This document shows positions 22,854-32,124 of a DNA stretch of 32,124 nt, piece after piece. The notes under the pieces are model-generated. The model did no database searches and was not told the DNA's origin. It saw only the letters and a program-made list of their open reading frames with translations. Positions within the stretch are counted from its first letter, which is position 1. Each line of letters opens with the position of its first letter. The stretch is taken from the NCBI GenBank assembly GCA_910592345.1, contig CAJVPI010000383.1, forward strand, positions 1 to 32,124, given 5' to 3'. This stretch comes from Paraglomus brasilianum (lineage: Eukaryota). The translations under genes and the position numbers were made by a program.

Positions 22854-24004
22854 GTAGACCCGATTATCTATCACATTGATAGCACTCTGCCTTGCGTAGT
22901 CTGACCGAGTGTTTAGAATTTCAGTGTATTTATTGTTACTTTTTTATAAATAAAAATGTACAAAAGTCTTCCTTTTCCATCATTAAATTCAGAAGAATAT
23001 TCAATTGTAATACCTTGCAAATATCAAACTCCGGAAATAATGAGCTCCTGTATATCGCTTATTGTCACTTTCGGTGATCGACTTCTATATACATACGACC
23101 ATTTGTCTAAAAAGAATCCGTGTGCCCAACACTTGGAACCGCACATTGTAAGACATAGTTAAAATAAAGCTTCTATTGATCACAAATTGTTGAGAGATTC
23201 AACATCTCGGTTTCACCTAATCCGACATTGTCACAACAATTAATTACTTCTCTTATTTGGCATGTGTTAATTTAGAGTACAAACTTAAAATCAACAAAGC
23301 CAAATTAATTAAAATGAGGGTACTTAAAGTCAACAGTTGTATTTGTCCAAGAACAATCGAAAAGAGTTCAATTTAAGCAAGCAAGGGATCAATAGTGATA
23401 GGCCATTTAAAGCTTGCTTTGCAAATTTTTATAGCACATAATGGGTTTACTTCTGAGGATCATTACACTTGCATAATTATTTATATAAGTTGAATAGATT
23501 TACCTAGTATTCTTAGTTGTATTCTTAGTCTTCCCCTTTATTCTCATTGATACAACGTTCTATATTTATACATTACCTCCGTATTTTCTTAATAATTTAA
23601 AACAAACTTTTTCTTGTGGTACCCGCTGTACATGAAACATATATAGTATCATAGCAATATGTCTATAATAGCTAATTTTTTTCGTATGTAAAACGCTGGG
23701 AATTTATTTACAATAATCAATTTTCTACTGACGGGTAATATCACCTATGCTATCTAATGTTCCGTTTTCTAGCATAATGTCACAAGTTTGTTTGACTTAA
23801 CGTATTCTCTACATCATCAATACTATAATTCAATCGCCAATCCACATACTATAGGAACATTACCTGTACGAGATTCTTTACGGAACGAGCTAATTCTCAT
23901 CGAGAAGATGCTGCAGTCTAAATTGAGAGATTACCAAAAACATAGTTAAATTCAGTCATATAAATTGATAAGGAAAAATATAATGCCAAAATTAAAAATA
24001 GTAA

Positions 24005-24481
24005 TACACAGTCAGTCGGCACCTCTGATCGAGACGACCGAGTTATCGAGACTCACATGATAAAAGATATTTAATTAAACAATTTTATTATTTACATAAA
24101 ATATTCCTATAGACATGGCTTGTCTTAGAGAATCGACATGTTCATTTCTTTAATCGTATGATCTCCTGACTTGTTATTTCTTTAATCGTATAATTTAATG
24201 ACATATTTACTGCTTTAAATCGTATGACATGACATTGCTCTAATCGTATGACATGATCGTATGATTAATGACCTGATGCTGCTCTAATCTATGGCATGTT
24301 TCAATGACGTATTGTATGATTGTAATGCCTTGGTTGTTGATTCTAACGGGTTCGATTTAATAACATGTTATTTTACTGGATAATTATTACCGTACGATTT
24401 GTGATCAACCAGTTAAAATCGTGTTACGTATTATAAATATCACGTGGACCGGCTTACAGGTTTATCGAGACTGACTGTGTA
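24005..24481. mobile_element. 477-bp non-autonomous TIR element with an internal degenerate tandem repeat
   Basis: Perfect 13-bp inverted termini TACACAGTCAGTC (24005-24017) and GACTGACTGTGTA (24469-24481), including TA at both ends. TTATCGAGACT occurs near both ends. About five internal AATCGTATGA-type units lie at ~24135-24320. Confidence 0.7.
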
Positions 24482-26524
24482 CCGAAGACGATATTATTTG
24501 AATAGAATTTTACTTTGAAAGCTTGTTTCCTGCCAAGAAATGTTGACAAGCTACGTATGCAGTTAGACCGTCAGCGAAGCGAGTGGCCACAAAGACAAAC
24601 CAACAAGGTAGCAAACAGTTTGGTTTATAGCGTATTCAATCTCGCGAATTCCTTAATGGTAAGTAAACACGCAAATTGCGAATGCCATTCAATTCCAAAA
24701 CCCGTTAATTTATGTGACAAGATCAAATATACGCTCGCCTATTTTAAAAAATACATCAATGCGGAGGTGATTTCCAAAGATGTGTTTGTTGGCTATATAA
24801 GGAGTGGTTTGTGAAAACCGAGATATACAGCGCTAACTTCGTCTGGTTTGGTTGACATATGGTTGACGATCGTTTCTAGTTTTGTTTTTAAAAAATCTAA
24901 ACGTCTTATTTCGGAAATCGGTGAGTGACGATAATTTATATCACCATGTGGTCTGCATGTGGTATGCATGCGGTAAGACATTTAATATTTGTGACTCGTA
25001 AATCGCCATCATATATTAACCTCAACTTTGATAAAACTTGGAAGGCTCACTCGTTAATATTTGTTGCGATGATGTCCTATATTAAATGTTCTATGTCTAG
25101 GTCCAGGATACTATTTACTCTTGCTCTTTCATTTCTTATCTGTGTTCGCCTTATGAATTAACTCCAATTTTATTATTCCTTTTTGGTCATGTTTTCATGA
25201 GGGTTTGTCTTCAAATGTATTTATTGCCATATTCTCTGAATGCTTCGAACCAAAGCTCTTTTTTTCAAAACTAAGTGCCTGTTTCCCACATGCTTGTCGT
25301 TTATAAACCCAAGGAATTTTCGTTTTTGGTTAATTGATCGGTTCGATCAGTTAGACATATATTAGTTGGCCAAGGCAACAATTCTCTGTTGGTTATTCTT
25401 CAAGAACAAAAGATCGTTTCTTCTAATTAGGCATTCTTAAGACGTTATGCATATCGTAGTGTTATGCTCTATTACTATAACGTACATTTTAGATTTACGT
25501 GGAATTATTATATGTTACGATTTTCTATATGCTCTTCTACTGACTAACAAAGCAAACAACAAATGCGTATGCAAAAACAGTGTCGCCGTACAATCTTCTA
25601 TAATTCAACGTATAAATCCAGGAAACACCGTATCACATGATTTCATCTTGCACTTGCACGAGGTCTATTTCAATAATTTAATTTCATATATGGGAGGGAT
25701 ATTATCATCCCGGAAACTGCAATAGTGCGATCGTCGATAGCAATTCATTTCCGGCTGCTGTAGCTACTGAAATATTGCTCATCAGAACTGATAATTATAA
25801 TTAGCCGGTTCCTGTAGAAACTCGTTATTGTGCTGATCTTTCCCAGTATCTCGTCTACTACCAACCCACCTTCTATATTCGATGAAACCAATTGTTAACG
25901 TTTAATCGGTTAACATTCTCCCATATCATCGTATTAAATCACTGAGTTTGTAACGCTTGATGCTAGCTTTTCACTGAATCTCACAGGTTGAGATTGGATT
26001 TACAATAATTGACATTGCAAGGAATTGGAGCACCCATATTCTACAGTCGCTGATTTTATCTAGACCATAATTATATGCGTCTCTCAAAGTAGTAAACTTT
26101 CTTTTGACAGTATTACTAGAGCGCGATGCCATTTGTGATAATCGTTTGCGTTAGTATATTGATCCAAGACGCAAAAATGCAATCAATCTATATTACCACA
26201 TTAGCAGGCATTGCTGAGCAATGAACAGCGGATGCTGACAAGAACTTTGATGATCATTCACATGCTTGTTATTCGGAGAATGGAGTTGGTGGATTGTAAC
26301 GCGTACAAAATTGTGCAATGCATTAATATGGGACTGCAAAGATTTGGCCGGGCAGCAAATAATTATATAGCGCCATAAAATATCCTTGTGCTCGAAGAGT
26401 TCTAAAATAACAAACACGCGTCAAATTCCATAACTTATTTTTCGATCACTATCGTTTAATAAATTTATTGAATAATATTTTTTTTTCGTACATTCTTCAA
26501 TTAAACAAAACTTCCGCGTGTCAG

Positions 26525-27653
26525 TTATCTGCCGCCAAAGAAACCCAGAGGGTATTGGCCGCCCGGTGGGTTTCCTTGCGGATATGGATTTGGCGTCGGT
26601 GGATATGGATTTGGCGGCGGCGGATATGGATTTGCCTGTGGATAAGCATTTGGCGCCGGTGGATAAGGAGTTGCCGGTGGAGGATATGCATTCGCCTGTG
26701 GGTATGGAGTTGCCTGTGGATAAGGATTTGCCGGTGGCGGATATGGTGGAGCTGCCGGCGGCGCATATGGATCTGCCGATGGTGGTGGTGGCGGATATGG
26801 ATGAGACGGGTTCGCTTGCTGTGTTGGCGATGTTGAATGCGTTGGCAGTGTTGAATGAGTTGGTAGTGTTGAATGAGTTGGCAGTGTTGAATGAGCTGAC
26901 GGTGTTGGGGCAGCTCGTGGAGCTGCATCCATATGTATTTTTTTCGTTTGTGGAGCCTCACCCAAAGAATCTTTCTTGATTTCTTCAGGAGTTAAGCGCC
27001 AATTGAAATAACGAAAATTGCTGTATGGCAAAACAGTCATTTAACAACATGCAATTTAGATCCATTGTATCATTGTGCGTCAACATTAACATTAACAAGG
27101 TGTACCTGATTTCGCCATTAAACGAATCCCAAGAATAAGCACGTCCAACGTGCAGCGGCCCTTCATTGAAAATAACTTGCTCTGTCCGAATATTGGTGAT
27201 AGCAAGAAATGCACGCCATTCGCCATTAACATAGACGTCCATCCTCTTTTCGGTATCAGAGAGTGAATAAGCTACATGGTACCATTTGCTTAACAAAAGC
27301 CCGCCTTCGACCGCCTCAACTCCTGCATTGTTATACCAGTTGCCAGTGAAACGAGCATGCAGGTGGGATGTGTTTGCTGATAGCCAAATTGCGGGAGTAC
27401 GGTCGTAATCTCCAGTACCTAAATTCACATTTAGTTACTAAAGACCGAGGAAGCGTGAATCAGGCAAGCCGGCAATAAACTTACCTTTGTGAAAAATAGT
27501 ACCCCAATTATTAGTATGAGACTTGAGTTTTATTCGGAAAGTTACTGTAAGTGCATCGCTTACTGTAGGTAACTGGGAGTTCTGGAATATGCGCTGTTCA
27601 CCACCGGACAAATGAATGGGATCCTTAATGAGCTCAATCCAGTCTTTCGCCAT
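26525..27653 (-). CDS. LamG/concanavalin-A-like domain protein with a Pro/Tyr-rich repetitive C-terminal tail (~325 aa)
   Basis: Exons complement(27485-27653, 27106-27418, 26525-27020), GT-AG and phase-consistent. Spliced: LPTVSDALTVTFRIKLKSH..WGTIFHKGTGDYDRTPAIWL...LLLSKWYHVAYSLSDTEKRMDVYVNGEW...FNEGPLHVG...FNGEISNFRYFNWRLTPEEI. This is followed by (HSTLPT)3 and YPPP/NPYP repeats. No hydrophobic signal peptide or transmembrane helix is seen. Confidence 0.88.
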
Positions 27654-28074
27654 TTCTGAAAGATGACAATAGCGAAGATGAAATAAAGCGCAGGAAAGGA
27701 TATTAATATTAATATATTAAATCACATGATCCGTGATCCCGCAGGTTAGTAATTGCCAAGGGGCCCTTGTTTACTATCTTTAAGACGGCGCACTATCCAA
27801 TAGTAAAATTGCCAAAGACGAATTTCTTTCACTTTAACAAAGTACGTTTGTACTGAATATTCGATTCAGGGTTACAAAGAAGCTTTTTTTTTTTGTTAAC
27901 CCTTTTACAGCAACCGAGTGGAATGTAATTAAGAATAATCACAAATTGGGATCTGTGCGCTGACACACAGAATTGTCAATCAGATTGTGTAAAATTTTGT
28001 TGCGCCAGAATCTATGTGCCAGAATCAACTCAGAATTACCGAATTTGTTAATGCTACACATAAATTTGCATATG

Positions 28075-28251
28075 CAGTCAACTGCCTATAATAATAATTC
28101 GACCTTTAATTCGATTTATACATTAATTCGAACTGTTTTACAAAACAGTTTTTGACATTTATTATTATTTCTATTGTAATTAACTGACGATAATTCGACT
28201 TTTACGTTAATTCGATCGAACGCAAGCGGTCGAATTATAGGCAGTTGACTG
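28075..28251. mobile_element. MITE, family B (pogo/Tigger-like CAGT termini)
   Basis: Perfect 18-bp TIR CAGTCAACTGCCTATAAT ... ATTATAGGCAGTTGACTG, extendable to TCGACC/GGTCGA with a 6-nt insertion on the left. The right flank is TA and the left flank is TG. TAATTCGA is repeated five times internally. Confidence 0.85.
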
Positions 28252-28998
28252 TATAGAACTCATGGTTTTTGGCGTTTGTATAACCTATAACCGTCACTTC
28301 ACTGACAGGTCGACAGTCATTATTTAACGCGTGTTTGTACCCAGTGAGAAATAGTCTTAGAAATTACAATACTTTTGCGAAATTCAATCCATAGTCCTAA
28401 TTTTAGAGCATAGTTAGCGAAATGATGAAAATTTATATAAGCAGCTGTAGTTTCGCTAGCTAACAGCATCAATAAATCCTTCAAACCCGGAAACTGGCTT
28501 GCCACACTAAAGTATGCAACTAAATACTTTCATCGGAACTGCAGAGAAACTTCTTTTTGCTTGCTTATCCACATGCTTCTTCTAGCAGGTTCCCAAACCA
28601 TTAACTACTACGATGGCAGTTGAAGTTCTTGAAGACTGCAGTTCGGAATTCAGTGGATTTGTCACATACTCAAAGGATGACTGAAACCACTATCAGATTC
28701 ACTATTCAAGACTTATCCACAGCTTACCAGTAACTGATTCATTGCGAGAACTGAGCTCGAATGTCTTTCTGCGAGCTTTGGCGGAAGAACTCCAGACATT
28801 GGATACGAAGAATAAAGCTATACCAGACATAATAAAAATATCAATCGTGTCGAATTACATGCGTGAGGTGTGATGCTGCTGTTGTCCGCATTTAAACGGG
28901 CTCTATTGATTCCTTGCCGAAGATTACATCCTACTTTAACGTATTAATAATACTATTTGCACAATTCACTCTTGATAAATGTCATGAGAATTTCCAAG

Positions 28999-29131
28999 TA
29001 CAAGTGACTCTCAATGTAAGAACCCCGATATAAGTAATATGGCCTATAAAAAATTTTTTTGCTGGACCCAATTTAACTTCTCAAGGAATATGTCGGGCCC
29101 GACTACTTTCTCGCATCGAAAGCCACTTGTA
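28999..29131. mobile_element. MITE-like element, family A copy 2 (internally deleted, opposite orientation to 7601-7783)
   Basis: Termini TACAAGTG ... CACTTGTA. It shares TAAGAACCC.CGATATAAG, GCTGG.CCC.ATTTAA and TGT.GGGCCC..ACTTTC..ATCGA.AGCCA with the reverse complement of copy 1. Confidence 0.75.
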
Positions 29132-29470
29132 ATAAGTTGGCATGCTTTTTGTTGCTTTATTATTATGGAAATTAAGAGGCTATATCGCACGACAATAGAA
29201 AGTTGATTCACCGTCCACTGTATTTGGCATTTTCGAAATTCGGCATCGGTAATATCTGCTTAAATGTAGCTATGATTCTTTTGATATGCCTTCACCATGC
29301 TCGCCTTGTTACAACGATATGATCACAAAATTTTTTTAAACGGCCTGTTTTGATAGCACACATACTCTATTTTGACCGGGATTGATAATGACTCCACTTG
29401 TATCACATCGCACAAGCGTAATAAACAAACGACGGTTACTAGTGTTGAGAAGTCATATCTTTGTATTAGT

Positions 29471-32124
29471 ATGGACCATGAGTATTCATCATCAGAAGAC
29501 AGCTGGGTAGGTTTTGGTTATACATCTAATACTAACAAGCTTTTTTCAAGATAATTTTTCCGCATTGGAATAAATTAAACAACTCTTACAATACTCACTA
29601 TAAAATACAACTCACTCGAATATCAATATTACTAGGAGATTGGACAACCATCATCTTCAGGTACCAAAAACAAAGGGAAAGGAAAGCAGCATGGAGATGC
29701 AGAGGTTAAAGATGTCACTGAAATAAACCTCATTACTTTTGAAAGTGACAGTGATTCTGAAGATTGTGAACAATCATTTCCCTTAAATCTGAGCAGCATT
29801 GAATTGAATGAGCAATTAACAACCAACTTAGAATCAATTGTCAACAACAACGACAGAACGGGTCATTTCATTAAATTATACAACCTGTTCTATTATTTGG
29901 CACTTTATTAGATGATGATCAATTAGTAAATGCCTTGAAAATCATAGCAAGTGGAGTTGAATATGATTACTATAAAATGACTACTGGTATGGAGTTGGAA
30001 CTGCATTTTAGGATATTTGCATTACTTTTAGAAATATATGGCAGACGACCTCTTAAAATGGCAAAGAAATTTTATGAAACTCTGTATGAGAATCTAGTAC
30101 AACTACATGATATTCACCAGTTTTGTATCAAAGCATTGGGAAATGGCTTACAACCTACATGTGGCTTATTGGATAATTTGGAGGAAGATGTTAAAGTTCA
30201 AAATTACAATATTGATTTTTTACTTATGCATCTTTATGATACTCTTCATATGATAAATGATGATAAAACTGCTTGGCTTGAAATTATAAATCAGTTAAAT
30301 GCTCTATTTTCTGTGCTTGTCAAGGCTTTACCTAGTATGGCTGGTATTATGACAACTGGGGAAACTCCAATTGATAACAAAGATACTGTTGAAGTTTATA
30401 ACAAGATTCACAAGACCTTACAATCCAAGTTTTCTGTGGGACATTGGTACAAGGAATGGAGATATCTATATAGTATATATCAAGCATTTGTTGAATGGTC
30501 AGCTGTTCCAATTAATAAGAATCTAGTTGTTAAAGGAGAATTAATGCTTATTAAGGATCTTTGGAGGTTTGGAGACCAAGAATGGCATAAAGCAATTTCT
30601 GTTTCAGCACAATCAGAAATAAATGGCTATAATAATAAATTCAAACTAAAGATCATCCCAGATTATATCTCAGAATCAGTTCCATACTCTTTATTGTTTG
30701 GCATACTGGATATTGCTCAAAATCTTATAATCTCTACAAAAAATGTTAGTACCTTGGCTCATTGTTACTATCTTGCAAAACTATCCCTGGACATAGTAAG
30801 AGCAGAGTTTATTCAATTTAAAGCAATGGAAGTTCTGATAACACTTTACAGAAAAGATGCAATTACATTTTCTGTTGTGCAAGTTGATCTAGATCAACAT
30901 GCAGAAAGTTTTTCAATCTTGGACCAAGATAGAACATGGTTTCAAGACATAAGAGAATACATTGATAAAAAATATGCATATATTAATATTAATCAGACAG
31001 GCAGCAGAGCAAATATTGAAATGTCAGTCTCAAAACAGAAGGCAAAAAAGCAATATTGGACACCTGAAAAACTTCTTAATTTAAATCCAAATGATGATTT
31101 ATTAATTTTAGACATGGTTGCTGATCATCTTACATGCCCATTTATACAAAAAGTTACAGAAGATTTTAGAATACTTCCATGCAAGCACAAAATCAGTTGT
31201 CTGGCATTAGAAAAATTCATGAGGATGAACTGTCTTGAACTGAAATGCTTCTATTGTAGAAGAAAGTGCCAATTAGATAAAACTGAAAAATTACCAAGCT
31301 CACCAATTTACAAAGCATTGTATGAAAAATTTGTCAGAGCTGGACATATTTTACCAAAAGACAAAGCAAAAGATTTTACAACTATTGTGGCAAGTCAGGA
31401 TGACAATGATGATGTTGAGGAAGCTTCTATTATGAAATCAAAGTTCTTATATTTGCTTCAAATGAAACCAAAGCAAACTAACCTACAAATAATGAAGTTA
31501 CCAATAAGTCTACATAGTACATACAAGCAAGGCAAGAAAGCTCTTGATGAAAAAAGATATGATGATGCAGTATTATGGCTTGAAAGAGCACTTGCTCATT
31601 ATCCCAACAATGCAGCTATTCAAATTGACCTTGCTATTGATATGGAAAATTTAAACTATCAAAAATGTTATAATTACATAACTCAAGCCATAAAAAATGA
31701 CCCTAACAATGCCAGAGCATGGGCACAACGTGGAAAATATTATATGCAGCAATCAGAGTACAAACAAGCTCTTAAAGATCTTAAACAATCATTAAAGATT
31801 GATACAAGTAATGCACTTGCATTAGAGGTCAGGGGTAATATATCTACTACATTTTTAACCAATATGAAATGGCATTGAATGATTTCAATCAACTATTAGA
31901 GATTGAACCAAATGATACAAACACACTGATTGCAAGGGGAGCTGTCTATTTTAGTATGCAGATGCATTAGAAGACCTCAATAAATTGTTACAAATTAAAC
32001 CAACTGATACAATAGCACAATATCTAAGAGGGCATGTTTATCTCATGCTTGAGCAATATGACCATGCATTGATTGATCTTGATGAATCACTGGGAATGGA
32101 TCCAAGCAATATGTTTATCTTAAT
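29471..32124 (+). pseudogene. Disrupted RING/U-box-like + TPR protein gene, continuing beyond the window
   Basis: Exon 1 is 29471-29506 (MDHEYSSSEDSW|GTAGGT) and exon 2 starts at 29636. There is a frameshift between ~29820 and 29910, probably with an in-frame TAA at 29872. The long ORF contains LTCPF...LPCKHKIS...CFYCR and TPRs (AWAQRGKYYMQQSEYKQALKDLKQSLKID). TPRs continue after frameshifts at ~31840 (IYYIFNQYEMALNDFNQLLEIEPND) and ~31960 (DALEDLNKLLQIKPTD...RGHVYLMLEQYDHALIDLDESL). Confidence 0.82.

Noticed and set aside
24515..25450. Short ORFs and possible retroelement-like remnants
   Set aside because: No RT, RNase H or transposase motif is discernible.
26468..26979. His/Gln/Arg-rich and Trp/Ile/Arg-rich ORFs in other frames
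   Set aside because: Alternate readings of the Pro/Tyr repeat tail; only one frame splices to the LamG exons.
28570..28872. Plus-strand protein-like frame with one internal stop (MAVEVLEDCSSEF...RALAEELQTLD)
   Set aside because: No recognisable family or splice support; it would need a BLASTx hit to call.

Overview
Eukaryotic, AT-rich, intron-containing DNA. The gene-family mix (Sel1 arrays, WTS-N/EWIPY-type tyrosine-kinase-like kinase, MATH-BTB, LamG, RING-TPR) resembles an early-diverging fungus, most likely Mucoromycota/Glomeromycotina (inferred, not searched). Four intact spliced genes were rebuilt by hand from GT-AG sites: a 3-RRM Rim4-like RNA-binding protein, a ~1181-aa RA-PH adaptor, a MATH-BTB protein and a LamG protein with a Pro/Tyr-rich tail. 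The window also holds the 3' part of a Sel1-repeat gene, a heavily frameshifted multi-module kinase pseudogene, a disrupted RING/U-box-TPR gene running off the right edge and a small Sel1 relic. Repeats comprise four short TIR elements (MITE-like, two from one family) and a triplicated unit carrying an intron and a hairpin. Most notable: (i) stacked degenerate kinase N-lobe modules ahead of a single kinase domain; (ii) near-absence of CpG in the two flanking repeat-protein genes only; (iii) LD-like and clathrin-box-like motifs in the RA-PH protein; (iv) hypervariable positions in otherwise homogeneous Sel1 repeats. No rRNA, tRNA or CRISPR array was found.
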